A stretch of 64,000 nucleotides of DNA from an uncultured Nitrososphaerota archaeon (GCA_963838925.1 CAWISW010000002.1:96001-160000); one strand, 5' to 3'. Positions 8,946 to 19,401 are shown, counted from the first letter of the stretch. Notes: generated from the letters alone by a model not told the origin. Numbers and translations: made by a program.

Positions 8946-9905
8946 ATGCTAGAGAAAATGGGTGCAATGCGGACTGCCTACGGCGAGGCTCTCGTCGAGC
9001 TCGGCGCGAGCAACCCGCGCATCGTGGTCCTCGGCGCCGACACCACAGAATCAATGAAGTCGGGCATGTTCGGGGCCAAGTATCCTGACCGGTTCTTCAA
9101 CCTCGGAATAGCCGAGCAGAACCTCGTGGGGGTCTCCGCTGGGCTCGCCTTCGGGGGAAAGATCGCTTACGCAGGCACTTACGCCATCTTCGTCCCCGGA
9201 AAGTGCGTCGACCAGATACGCAACATGCTCTGCTACGCCGACCTGGACGTCAAGATAGTATGCTCACACGCTGGAATCACAGTCGGGCCTGACGGGGGCT
9301 CGCACGAGCAGGTCGAGGACATCGCGCTCATGCGGTGCGTGCCTCACATGAGGGTCGTCGTTCCCGCAGACGCCGTCGCGGTCAAGGGCATAGTCAAGGC
9401 CATCGCAGACATCCCGGGCCCCTTCTACGTCAGGATAACGAGGGGAGTCGTCAAGGGCTCCAACACCCCCATCGTCTACGAGAACGGCTTCGAGTACAAG
9501 CTCGGCAAGGCCAACGTGATCCGCGAAGGCAACGACGTCACGCTATTCGGGTGCGGGATAATGCTCCCGGAGGCGCTGAGGGCGGCGGAGTCCCTCGCCA
9601 CGAAGGGAGTCCAAGCCAGCGTCATCGACATCCACACCGTGAAGCCGATCGACGCGGAGACGATAATCAAGTACGCGAAGAAGACCGGCTGCGCCGTCAG
9701 CGCGGAGGAGCACAACGTGATGGGAGGGATGGGCTCAGCCGTCGCCGAGGTGCTGAGCGACCAATACCCGATACCGCTCAAGCGGGTTGGGGTCATGGAC
9801 ACGTTCGGCGAGAGCGGAGAGGCGCAGGAGCTCCTCAACAAGTACGGCCTGACCTCCGCCCACATCGAGGAAGCGGCGCGCCAAGCCATCGCGATGAAAC
9901 GATAG
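8946..9905 (+). CDS. tktB: Transketolase, C-terminal subunit
   Basis: GIAEQNL, DQIRN, GPDGGSH, TVKPID, EEHN and DTFGESG motifs. Confidence 0.95.
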   Translation: MLEKMGAMRTAYGEALVELGASNPRIVVLGADTTESMKSGMFGAKYPDRFFNLGIAEQNLVGVSAGLAFGGKIAYAGTYAIFVPGKCVDQIRNMLCYADLDVKIVCSHAGITVGPDGGSHEQVEDIALMRCVPHMRVVVPADAVAVKGIVKAIADIPGPFYVRITRGVVKGSNTPIVYENGFEYKLGKANVIREGNDVTLFGCGIMLPEALRAAESLATKGVQASVIDIHTVKPIDAETIIKYAKKTGCAVSAEEHNVMGGMGSAVAEVLSDQYPIPLKRVGVMDTFGESGEAQELLNKYGLTSAHIEEAARQAIAMKR

Positions 9906-9930
9906 CTTTATTAGAAAAATCTCGGGAAGC

Positions 9931-10614
9931 GTGCTCGAATTGAAGTTCTATCTTGATACCGCGAACCTAGCTTCAATCAAGAAGTACCACTCGATGGGGC
10001 TGGTCGACGGAATCACCACGAATCCCTCGCTGATCGTGAAGGAGGGCGGGGACTTCGAACAGACCATCAAGGCCATCGCCAAGGAGGTCTATCCGCATCC
10101 GGTGAGCGCCGAAGTCATCGCCACCGACTACGAAGGGATGGTGGCGGAAGGAAAGCGCAACAAAGCCTGGGCAGAGAACGTGGTCGTCAAGATTCCCATG
10201 ATACCCGAGGGAATGAGAGCGACGAAGACCCTCAGCTCGATGGGGATACCAATCAACGTCACGCTGATCTTCTCGGCCGTCCAGGGACTGATCGCGATGA
10301 AGGCAGGAGCGTCGTACATCAGTCCGTTCATCGGCCGCCTGGACGACATCGGCCAAGACGGAATGGGCCTCATCAAGGACCTGGTCGAGATAAGGAACAA
10401 CCAGAACTACAAGTTCAAGACTGAGATACTGGTGGCGAGCATCAGGCACCCCATCCACGTGCTACAGGCCGCGAAGCTCGGCGCCGACATCGGCACGATG
10501 CCCGCCGAAGTCATGGAGAAGATGTTCTCGCATCCTCTCACCGACAGCGGGTTGAAGCGCTTCCTCGACGACTGGAACAAGGCGAAGAAGGAAAAGCCCT
10601 CGCTGACCGTCTGA
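9931..10614 (+). CDS. tal: Transaldolase (small TalC/FSA-fold type)
   Basis: LDTAN, TTNPSL, VVKIP and NVTLIFS motifs. SAEV (Glu) and SPFIGR (Phe) are the transaldolase rather than FSA signature residues. Confidence 0.92.
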   Translation: MLELKFYLDTANLASIKKYHSMGLVDGITTNPSLIVKEGGDFEQTIKAIAKEVYPHPVSAEVIATDYEGMVAEGKRNKAWAENVVVKIPMIPEGMRATKTLSSMGIPINVTLIFSAVQGLIAMKAGASYISPFIGRLDDIGQDGMGLIKDLVEIRNNQNYKFKTEILVASIRHPIHVLQAAKLGADIGTMPAEVMEKMFSHPLTDSGLKRFLDDWNKAKKEKPSLTV

Positions 10615-10700
10615 CAGACAATTCTGGACGACGATGTCGTCAGGTACGCAGCCCTAGCCTTCGTCCCTATTCGGTCCCTTGACAATGCCGAGGTCGAAGG

Positions 10701-11459
10701 TCACGGCGCGGCGGCGTCCGCACTAGAAGATCGCAAGTTTCCCGCGAGATAGACCGCCACGTAGATCGACGACAGGATCACGAGCGAGGAGAAGAGAGCT
10801 CTGTGCGAATAGTCGAACGATGACGTGAAAATGTACACGCTCTTGTATCCCACGTATTCGAGGAAGACGAATCTCAACCCAAATCCTAAGGTGCTGGCTA
10901 GGAGGAATACGTCTGCTTTCATCTTCAGCGTACCGGCCGCGAGGGAACTGACGCTATAGAAGAACGGGATGAAAGTGGATATGAAGATTGAGAAGTGGCC
11001 GTGCTCGGCTATCCATCCGTCTGACTGTTGGATGTCATTTTCAGAAATGTGGACGTAGCGCAGCCCTTTCAAGAGCAGCGGTCTGGGGACAAGCCTGCCC
11101 GCCGCGTACTCTATCGGAAATAGGGCGGCCGCCAGGCACACAAGAAACGTCGTATAGGGATTGAATATCCCTGTCGCCGACAGAAAGCCATAGGCCGGAA
11201 CGAGGACGTAATCGGGGACTGGCGAGATCCAGATGCTCATGAACATGCCCAGGTACCCTGCTATCGAAAATGGCCACGGCAGGCTCTCCTGGTTGAGACT
11301 ATAGGACGACACATTGACAAAATTGAAATCTGCGTTCAGCAACGCCAAGACGCTCACCGATAGTGCGAGGATCGAAGTTACGAAGAGATAGTGCCGGTAT
11401 TTGCCCCACCGTGCGAGCCCGTCCAGTCCTGACCCAATGGCGGCATTCGAAATCGGCAC
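10701..11459 (-). CDS. DedA/VTT-domain membrane protein
   Basis: Several TM segments and a DedA-like pattern SPVPD...AYG and HG...IFISTFIP...SLAAG. Confidence 0.7.
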   Translation of the reverse strand: MPISNAAIGSGLDGLARWGKYRHYLFVTSILALSVSVLALLNADFNFVNVSSYSLNQESLPWPFSIAGYLGMFMSIWISPVPDYVLVPAYGFLSATGIFNPYTTFLVCLAAALFPIEYAAGRLVPRPLLLKGLRYVHISENDIQQSDGWIAEHGHFSIFISTFIPFFYSVSSLAAGTLKMKADVFLLASTLGFGLRFVFLEYVGYKSVYIFTSSFDYSHRALFSSLVILSSIYVAVYLAGNLRSSSADAAAP

Positions 11460-11545
11460 GAATGGATTCCCATCGGAATTCTACCGCGGCGCATTTAGCC
11501 TTTGAAGGGCTCCCCGAACCCGCGCCGTGCGATTCCGCGCTCGGA

Positions 11546-11977
11546 CTATTTCGAGATGACGCTCTTGACGTCTGCGAGGTAGAGGCTGAGCCTGCTGACC
11601 TCGTACCTCAGCATCTCAAGGTCCATTGTGCTGTAGTAGTTCTGGTTGTTCCTCACGTAGCTCGAGATGGCCCCGTATCTGTCGTAGAAGTGCTTCGGGG
11701 CAAGCTCGGGCCACCTCGACTCTATCTCCCTCAGCGCGAGCCTCCTGTCGTAGCTCCCCTTTGGGACCTTGTGCAGCAGGTGCTCTACCAGGATGTCTGT
11801 CACCTGTGATAGCACTATCCATGACTTCTCGGCCGCCTCCCTGAACTGGAGGACGCCGCCGGGGCCGCCCCTAGCGTAAGTGAAAGTCCTACCCTCGTAG
11901 GATGTGTTCTCCGCCGCCTTCAGCAAGGCCGGGAGCTCGCTCATGAGCTTCTCGGAGTTCTTCCAAAGCTCCGGCAT
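11546..11977 (-). CDS. Hypothetical protein, PaREP1/HEPN-like
   Basis: AAEKSW...TD-x-L...S-x-x-RR-x-x-LRE...YDRYG pattern resembles the archaeal PaREP1 family. Start placed at ATG 11977. Confidence 0.5.
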   Translation of the reverse strand: MPELWKNSEKLMSELPALLKAAENTSYEGRTFTYARGGPGGVLQFREAAEKSWIVLSQVTDILVEHLLHKVPKGSYDRRLALREIESRWPELAPKHFYDRYGAISSYVRNNQNYYSTMDLEMLRYEVSRLSLYLADVKSVISK

Positions 11978-12146
11978 ACTCACGGCGTAGTTCTGAGTGT
12001 TTAGCTTCTTGCTCACGAGAAACCTCGGTCCTTTGACGACATTTAAGAATATTGCGACGAACGAAAGGCCGCCCCGCCGACGGCTGACGAAAGGGCCGAC
12101 CGCCGCTAGCATTTAAAGCGCCAAGCCTCGGGAAGGGCGCGAAGAA

Positions 12147-12758
12147 ATGCAGACGCCGACAGGTGCGCAAGGCAAGCCAGTCGCCGACTCCATCCCGAGG
12201 TTCCTTTCGTCCCTGGGCGGGCTCCACGTCGAAGCGCGCGTCGTCAGGAACGGGCAGGAGACGACCGAGGCCCTGCGAGGGATCCTCTCGAAATCGGGCT
12301 GCAAGTCGGTCGTCGTGGCGGGGATTCCAGCCCGCTACTCGGCGGCCGTGAAGGCCGCCCTCGCCGGGGTCAAGGCCTATTTCGTGGACGACCTCCAGAA
12401 GCTCCCACAGAACGAGGCCGTCGGGGTCCTCGCGGCCGCCGACGCCGGGATCACGTGGGCGGTGAACGGAGTCGCCCTCGAAGGCGCGATGCTGGAGGTG
12501 GTCTATGACGACGCCGCGAAGCTGGCCTCCTCTCTCCCAATCGTCCACATCGCGCTACTCGAGTCCTCGAGCGTTCTGCCCGCCCTCGTGGACGCAATGC
12601 CACTCGTCGGGGGCATAGTAAGGGACGCGCCTCCGGGCCGGAAGCCGATCATCTCATTCATCTCCGGCCCGAGCAAGACGGGGGACATCGAGATGAGGCT
12701 GCTGTACGGCGTCCACGGCCCGCACACGGTCCACGCGGTCGTCCTCGACTGGCATTGA
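12147..12758 (+). CDS. LutC-like LUD-domain protein
   Basis: ADAGIT, SLP-x-x-HIAL and ISGPSKTGDIE...GVHGP motifs. Confidence 0.85.
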   Translation: MQTPTGAQGKPVADSIPRFLSSLGGLHVEARVVRNGQETTEALRGILSKSGCKSVVVAGIPARYSAAVKAALAGVKAYFVDDLQKLPQNEAVGVLAAADAGITWAVNGVALEGAMLEVVYDDAAKLASSLPIVHIALLESSSVLPALVDAMPLVGGIVRDAPPGRKPIISFISGPSKTGDIEMRLLYGVHGPHTVHAVVLDWH

Positions 12759-12771
12759 ATGGAGATCACCG

Positions 12772-14886
12772 ATGACCAACAACCGCCCCGCCCTCCTCGC
12801 GAAGCTCAGGGCAGCCCTGAAGGACAGGGAGTCCTCTGACAAGTTCTGGGACGCCATGACCAAGGCGAGGGCGAACAGGACGGCCCTTCTAGAGAGGGAG
12901 AAGCTCGACATGCAAGCCATCAAGCAGTCCAACAAGGCCATCAAGACGGCGGCCGTGGCCGACAGGACCCTGGTCGACGAGTTCGCGGAAAACGTCCGTA
13001 AGAACGGCGGGAGGGTGTTCATGGCCAAGACAGGGGGCGACGCCATCCGGTACGTCGAGGGACTCTCGAAGAGGGTGGGTGCGAAGCTGATAGTGAAGGC
13101 AAAGTCGCTCACTTCGGACGAGATAGAGTTCACCCACGAGCTCGAGAAGGTCGGCGTCCGCTCGGTCGAGACCGACCTGGGGGAGCTCATCATCCAGCTC
13201 GCCGGGGAGACGCCCGTACACCTCGTCATGCCCGCCGCACACAAGTCGGTGAACGAGATCGCCCAGCTGGTCTCGGGTGCCGTCGGGAAGGACGTGCCGC
13301 CGGAGGACCAGGCGATCCTCGGGGCAGTGAGGGCATACCTGAGGGGGCTCTTCCTCACAGCCGACATAGGAGTCTCTGGGGCAAACATCGGGGTCGCCGA
13401 GACGGGCTCAATCGTCATCGAGACGAACGAAGGGAATGGGAGGCTGGTCACGAGCGTCCCGAAGATACACCTAGTGATAATCGGGATGGAGAAGATCGTC
13501 CCAAAGTGGTCGGACGCCACGTACCTGGTGAAGGGGCACAGCGCGAGCGCGACCGGCCAGAACATGACCGTCTACGTCTCGGTGATAACCCAGCACGGCC
13601 CTCTCGCGGGCTCGACGGAGGGGAGGGAGTACCACGTCATCATCCTCGACAACGGCAGGAGCAAGATGAGAGACGACCCGTGGTTCTCGGACGCGCTGAA
13701 CTGCATCAGGTGCGGCGCGTGCATGAACGTTTGCCCAACTTACGGCGTCGCCGGTGGCCACACCTTCGGCTACATCTACCCGGGGCCCATCGGCATCCCA
13801 TGGACGGCCGAGGTGCACGGCCTGGACAAGGCGACCTTCGCGCACCTCTGCGTTTCCTGCGGCCTCTGCAAGGAGATCTGCCCCGTCGACATCAACATCC
13901 CCATGATGATAGCCAAGGTCAAGGAGGAGGAGGTCCACGAGAACGGGCAGCTCGCGGTCAACGACTTCTTCATGTCGTCGGAGTCGCTCGCCAAGCTCGC
14001 GAGCGCGACCGCGCCGGCCTCCAACTGGCTCCTTCGCAGGGCGGCCACCAGGGCGGTGATGGAGTCCCTCGCTGGTGTCGACAGGAGGCGGACCCTCCCC
14101 TCATTCGCCAGGAAGAGGCTCAGGGCGAGGATATCGCCCCTGGGGACGGGGACCGGGGACGCAGGAAGGGTGGTGTTCTTCCCAGACATCTACGCCGACT
14201 TCAACGACCCGGAGCTAGGCGTCAGGGCGGTGAAGATCCTGCTCGCGCTCGGCTACAAGGTCGAGGTGCCGGGCCTGAGGTGGAGCGGGATGCCTTACAT
14301 CTCGTACGGGGACATCTCCAAGGCGACCGCCGTGGCGAAGGGCAACCTCGAGGCGCTGAAGAAGTACCTGGATCAGGGGTACTCCGTGGTGTCCACTGAG
14401 CCGACCGCCGTCTACATGCTCAGGGAGGTCTACCCGACCCTCGTGCCCGGCGAGCTCGCCGAGAAGGCGCGCACCATGAGCTTCCCGTTCTTCGGATTCA
14501 TCCAGGGCGGGCTCGGCGGCCTCGGGTTGAAGCCTGCCTTCCCCGCCGACGAGGCGATCGGGTTCCACATACCGTGCCACGACAGGTCCGTCTCCAGCGG
14601 CAAGCCCGCGATAGCATTCCTTGGGGCGGCAGGGTACAAGGTGCAGGTCGTGGAGAACGGCACCTGCTGCGGCATGGCCGGGACGTTCGGCATGAAGCAC
14701 GGCGACCTGGGCTACAACCTCTCTATGGAGGTTGGAGACCACCTCTTCCGCCTGCTGAAAGAGAGCGGACGAAAGCTGGTCGCGACCGAGAGCAGCGTCT
14801 GCTCCATGCAGATCGCCGACGGCGCCAGCCTCAGGGTAGTCCACCCGCTCCACGCTGTCGAAGAGGTCTCGCCCCAACGCCGGTGA
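12772..14886 (+). CDS. LutB-like Fe-S protein fused to a CCG (LutA/GlcF/GlpC-like) region; 2-hydroxyacid dehydrogenase
   Basis: ETDLGE-x-IIQ, HLVMPAAH, NEGNGR, CIRCGACMNVCP, CVSCGLCKEICP, HIPCH and TCCGMAG motifs. Confidence 0.85.
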   Translation: MTNNRPALLAKLRAALKDRESSDKFWDAMTKARANRTALLEREKLDMQAIKQSNKAIKTAAVADRTLVDEFAENVRKNGGRVFMAKTGGDAIRYVEGLSKRVGAKLIVKAKSLTSDEIEFTHELEKVGVRSVETDLGELIIQLAGETPVHLVMPAAHKSVNEIAQLVSGAVGKDVPPEDQAILGAVRAYLRGLFLTADIGVSGANIGVAETGSIVIETNEGNGRLVTSVPKIHLVIIGMEKIVPKWSDATYLVKGHSASATGQNMTVYVSVITQHGPLAGSTEGREYHVIILDNGRSKMRDDPWFSDALNCIRCGACMNVCPTYGVAGGHTFGYIYPGPIGIPWTAEVHGLDKATFAHLCVSCGLCKEICPVDINIPMMIAKVKEEEVHENGQLAVNDFFMSSESLAKLASATAPASNWLLRRAATRAVMESLAGVDRRRTLPSFARKRLRARISPLGTGTGDAGRVVFFPDIYADFNDPELGVRAVKILLALGYKVEVPGLRWSGMPYISYGDISKATAVAKGNLEALKKYLDQGYSVVSTEPTAVYMLREVYPTLVPGELAEKARTMSFPFFGFIQGGLGGLGLKPAFPADEAIGFHIPCHDRSVSSGKPAIAFLGAAGYKVQVVENGTCCGMAGTFGMKHGDLGYNLSMEVGDHLFRLLKESGRKLVATESSVCSMQIADGASLRVVHPLHAVEEVSPQRR

Positions 14887-14942
14887 CGGACGTACGGGCG
14901 CCCTCTTGATTTAAGAGGACAGCCTGAGTCGGGGGTGGCGAC

Positions 14943-16037
14943 ATGGAAGAAAGGCTCCTCATGGTGCCCGGCCCGACCAACCTCTCCAAGCGGGTCAGGG
15001 ACGTGCTTGCCCAGCCCCAGGTGGGGCACACGGACCCAGACTTCGCGAGGAACTTCTCAGAGACCCTCCAGCTCGCGAGGAAGGTCTTCAGGAACAACGA
15101 CGGATACCAGTTCGTGTTCACGGGGACCGGAACCGTCGGGATGGAGGCGGCCGTCGCCGCCACGGTCCAGCCCGGGGACAAGGTCCTGGTCCTTAACACG
15201 GGCTACTTCGGCCAACGGATGGTCGACATCAACAAGTGCTACGGTGCCGAGGTAGAGGAGCTCGGGTCTGACTTTGGGTTCCACGCCGACCCAGACGCGG
15301 TGCGGAAGAGGCTCGCCGCGGGGCGCTTCAAGGCCCTCTACGTCACGCACGTCGACACGGGGACGACGGTGTGCAACCCGATAGCGGAGGTCGTGAAGGA
15401 GGCCAAGGCGGCCGGCGTGCTCGCAATCGTGGATGGCGTCTGCTCCGTTGGCGGCGTCGAGCTTGACTTCGACGGGATTGGTGCAGACCTTGCATTCACC
15501 GGCTCGCAGAAGGCGCTCTCGGCGCCTCCAGGCGCGGTCCTGATAGCGGTCTCGAAGGACTTCCTCGCGCAGCTGGAGGCCAAGAAGGACAAGGTCAGGA
15601 CATACTACGCCAACCTTCTCAGATGGAAGGGCGTCATGGACGACCCGAGGACCTACTTCGCCACGCCGGCGGTGCAGCTGATGCAGGCGCTGCACCAGGC
15701 CCTGACGGAGGTCGAGGAGGAAGGGCTCGAGAAGCGTTGGAGCAGGCACAAGGCGAACGCCCGGATAATCAGGGAAGGCATAGAGGCCACCAAGAGCGGG
15801 CTCGTGGTCGAGCCGGGCTACCGGGCAGACACCGTGACCGGAGTCTGGACTGTTGCTGGATCAGCACCCGCCATCCAAAAGACCCTCCGGGAGAAGCACG
15901 GCATCGACGTGGCAAGGGGGCTTGGGGAGAACAACACCAAGATGCTCAGGGTGGGGCACTTTGGAAACCTGACCGAGAAGCAGGCCCGCTACTTCGTGGA
16001 TTCCTTCGGAGAGTCGCTAAAGTCCTCCACGCCCTGA
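14943..16037 (+). CDS. Alanine-glyoxylate/serine-pyruvate aminotransferase (class V PLP)
   Basis: MVPGPT, GTGT-x-GME, GYFG-x-R, HVDT-x-T, VDGVCS, GSQKAL (PLP Lys) and RVGH motifs. Confidence 0.88.
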   Translation: MEERLLMVPGPTNLSKRVRDVLAQPQVGHTDPDFARNFSETLQLARKVFRNNDGYQFVFTGTGTVGMEAAVAATVQPGDKVLVLNTGYFGQRMVDINKCYGAEVEELGSDFGFHADPDAVRKRLAAGRFKALYVTHVDTGTTVCNPIAEVVKEAKAAGVLAIVDGVCSVGGVELDFDGIGADLAFTGSQKALSAPPGAVLIAVSKDFLAQLEAKKDKVRTYYANLLRWKGVMDDPRTYFATPAVQLMQALHQALTEVEEEGLEKRWSRHKANARIIREGIEATKSGLVVEPGYRADTVTGVWTVAGSAPAIQKTLREKHGIDVARGLGENNTKMLRVGHFGNLTEKQARYFVDSFGESLKSSTP

Positions 16038-16143
16038 TGGAGAGCTCGAGCAGAGGGCCTTTCGTCGCGTGTCGCATCGACAGGGCAAAGGCCTTCCGAG
16101 ATGATTAGGTTTTATACACCCCGGACTCGCTCAAAAAAATCTG

Positions 16144-17941
16144 ATGTCCACTTCCCCTCCGGAGAAGATTCTGGGTATCGACCTCGGGACGACCAACTCC
16201 GCCGCCGCGGTCTACGAGGGTTCGGGCGCGATATCCATCCCTAGCCAGGACGGCGAGGCGGTCGGCGGCAAGATGTTCCCATCGGCGGTCGCGTTCTTGT
16301 CCGACGGGAGCGTGATTGTAGGCGAGAAGGCGAAGAGGCAGATGTCGGTGAACCCCCACGGCACCGTGTTGGAGATAAAGCGGAAGATGGGGACCGAGTA
16401 CAAGGTCGAGATAAACGGTCAGAAGTACACTCCCGAGCAGATATCCGCGTACATCCTGAGGAAGATAAGGTCAGACTCGGAGGCCTACCTCGGGGCGACG
16501 GCAAGGAAGGCCGTCATCACCGTCCCCGCCCACTTCAACGACAACCAGCGGCAGGCCACGATGGAGGCAGGGGCCATGGCGGGACTGGAGGTGATCAGGA
16601 TAATCAACGAGCCGACGGCGGCCTGCCTCGCCTACGGTCTCGACCGCGCGGCGGCGACCGGCCCGGGCAAGCTGAGGATCATGGTCTTCAGCTTCGGAGG
16701 GGGCACGCACGACGTCACGACGATGGAGATAGAGGGCGAGACGTACAAGGTCCTCGCGACCAGCGGCGACACCCAGACGGGCGGGGCAGACATAGACAAC
16801 GCGATCGTCGAGAGGCTCGCCAACCAGTTCTACAACGAGACGGGCGTGAACCTCAGAGAGAACCTGCCCGCGATGGTGAGGCTGAAGGAGGCGGCCGAGA
16901 AGGCGAAGATCGAGCTCTCTAGCGAACTCACCGTCGAGGTCGGGGTGCCCTTCCTAGCAAGCGTCGACGGCGTGCAGAAGCACCTGAAGTACGAGCTCAC
17001 CCAGGCTGAGCTGGAGCAGATCGCCCTCCCGATTGTCAGGAGGGTGGACGGGACGATCCGGTCTGTCCTCATCGACTCGAGGCTCGCGCCTGAGGACATC
17101 GACAGGCTCATCCTCATCGGTGGCCAGACCAAGATGCCGCTCGTCAGGAGGGTGGTCGAGCAGTACATGGGGAAGGTCGCAGAGGAGGGCGTCGACCCCA
17201 TGCAGTGCGTCGCCATCGGCGCGGCCTACCAGGGCGCGGTCCTGGCGGGGAAGCTCAATTACAGGCTGCTGGACGTCACCCCGCTCACCCTAGGCATAGA
17301 AGACGCAGCGGGGACTGTCCAGAAGATCATCTACAGGAACACGCCAATACCGGTGTCGAGGACACAGTCCTTCACGACGGCCAAGGACGACCAGACAGAG
17401 GTGAGCATACACGTTGTCCAAGGGGAGCGGCTCATGGCCGTCGATCTGCGTCTCCATCGGGCTCTTCGACCTGAAGGGCTTCAAACCCAGGCCGAGAGGC
17501 GCTGCGCAGATACAGGTGGGCTTCGAGATCGACGCGAACGGCATAATGAACGTCTCCGCGAAAGAGCTCGCGAGCGGAGTGGAGCAGAGGGTCAACATCA
17601 CGGGGAGGATGAAGATCTCCGAGGAGGAGAGAAAGCGCCTCATCGAGGAGAGCAAGATGTTCGCGGGCATCGACCGCGCCCGAAGGGAGGAGGCTCTGCT
17701 CATCAGCAACGCCGATCAGCTCGTGTATAAGGCGAGGAAGATCCAGGGGGAGCTCTTCCTCCCGCGCGAGAGGGTGGACCAGCTGAACAGGGTCTGCGCA
17801 GAGCTCAAGGCGATTGCTGAGCTGCCCCTCGACTACGACCAGGAGAACCAGAAGCTCGAGAACCTGAAGGCGAAGCTGGTCGAACTCGCGGACCTCATAA
17901 ACGACACGATCGACGTGTACGAGATGGGCGAAGCCGCCTAG
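16144..17941 (+). pseudogene. dnaK: Hsp70/DnaK paralogue interrupted by one extra base near 17444-17446 (pseudogene or sequencing error)
   Basis: GIDLGTTNS, TVPAHFND, RIINEPTAA and LLDVTPLTLG are in the first frame. The continuation CVSIGLFDLKG...PRG-x-x-QIQVGFEIDANGIMNV is in the next frame. Removing one base gives 598 aa. Confidence 0.82.
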
Positions 17942-17943
17942 GG

Positions 17944-19401
17944 TCAGGCCGACCGGGCCGAGTGGCTCGTGACGGTCTGGGGGCCGGCCGCCTCCGTCGA
18001 GTTGAGGAGCAGCCTGAACGGCTGCGAGAGCGCCACGCCCTTCGTGCTCATCGCTATGACCATGATCGTGTATGCCCCGGCTGCCTGGTTATGGAAGGTG
18101 AACGGAATCTGCGCTGTCTTCCCTTGTTCCAGGGTGGTCTTCACAGTGACCATCTGGACGGTCTGGTTGATGTCGTTCCTCAGGGCCGCGAAGAAGACCG
18201 CCTGCTGCGAGTGGTCCTGGTTGTTCATGAAGGAGAAGCTTATGCTCGGGTTGTAGGAGAAGGCGTCGAGCACGGGGGCGGCCGCGAGGTTCGAGTAGGT
18301 CGGCGTCCCTTGCATCGTGAAGGAGTCGTCAGAGTACTGGCTGGCGTACGTCGGGTTCAGCGCCTCCATCAGGTCTGATGCCATTCCGTCCCTCTGGGTC
18401 ACGGGAGGCAGGTCGAAGACCCTCTCGATGAACTTCATCAGCGACGTGTGGTCGGAGAGGGTGTGGTCGATGTAGCCCTGCTTCGCGAAGGGGGAGATCA
18501 TCAGCAGCGGGACGCGGAAGCCCAGGCCGTACTTGTCGACCTGCGGGGGGACGACGTGGTCATACCACCCCCCGTAGTCGTCCCAGGTGAGGAATATCAC
18601 CGTCGAGCCCCAGTATGGGCTCGCCTGAATCGCGCTGATCAGCGACTGGACCCAAGCCTGGCCTGTAGCCAGGTCGTAGGGCGGGTGCTCGTTCTGCCCA
18701 TCCTGGGCTGTGACGTAGGATACCGCGGGAAGGTTGCCGTTCTGCACGTCGACGAGGAACTGGTTGCTCGACTTCTCGTTCGCAGCCATCGTGGCGTTGT
18801 CTGCCACCGAGGATATGAGGCCGAGGGCGTTCTCGTTTCCTACGTTGTAAGGCGAATAGTAGCTCCAGGAGACCTTCGCCGCAGAGAGCTCGCTCACGAT
18901 CGAGCCGATGTTCATCATCGCCGGACCCTGGGTTATCGAGTCGTCGACGCCGTCGTCCTGTCCAGCCACCAAGTAAAGGTGGTTGGGGAGCGACGGGCCC
19001 ATCGCGGAGGTGAAGTAGTTGTCGAAGAGCGTGTAGTTCTGCGCGAGGCTCCAGTAGTAGGGAATGTCGTTCTGGTTGTAGTAGCCGAAGGTCTCGGTGG
19101 ATCCCTCCGCCTGCAGGAAGCCGTCCATCTGCCCGTTGTCATAGGCGGCGTGCGCGCATATGGTCGAGTGGCAGAGGTCCACGATCGGCCCGGTGATGTG
19201 ATACGGGTGCACCGTCGGCGGGTCGTTCTTTATCCCGTTCGCCCCGGGGAACGTCCCAAAGTAGTTGTCGAACGTGTGGTTCTCCTGGAAGATGACCACC
19301 ACGTGCTGTATGGGGTTAGCAGCCGAGGTCGCGGCCATCGATGCCTGCGCGACGGGAGCGAGGAGCAGGAGGAGCAGCGGCGCGAGGAACAGCCTCTTCA
19401 C
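17944..19401 (-). CDS. Secreted phosphoesterase (phospholipase C / AcpA acid phosphatase family) with a C-terminal beta-rich domain
   Basis: Signal peptide; [38 protein letters not shown] and GFRVP motifs. Confidence 0.88.
   Translation of the reverse strand: MKRLFLAPLLLLLLAPVAQASMAATSAANPIQHVVVIFQENHTFDNYFGTFPGANGIKNDPPTVHPYHITGPIVDLCHSTICAHAAYDNGQMDGFLQAEGSTETFGYYNQNDIPYYWSLAQNYTLFDNYFTSAMGPSLPNHLYLVAGQDDGVDDSITQGPAMMNIGSIVSELSAAKVSWSYYSPYNVGNENALGLISSVADNATMAANEKSSNQFLVDVQNGNLPAVSYVTAQDGQNEHPPYDLATGQAWVQSLISAIQASPYWGSTVIFLTWDDYGGWYDHVVPPQVDKYGLGFRVPLLMISPFAKQGYIDHTLSDHTSLMKFIERVFDLPPVTQRDGMASDLMEALNPTYASQYSDDSFTMQGTPTYSNLAAAPVLDAFSYNPSISFSFMNNQDHSQQAVFFAALRNDINQTVQMVTVKTTLEQGKTAQIPFTFHNQAAGAYTIMVIAMSTKGVALSQPFRLLLNSTEAAGPQTVTSHSARSA

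Noticed and set aside
9931-10614. Fructose-6-phosphate aldolase (FSA)
   Set aside because: It has the Glu and Phe of transaldolases rather than the Gln and Tyr of FSA.
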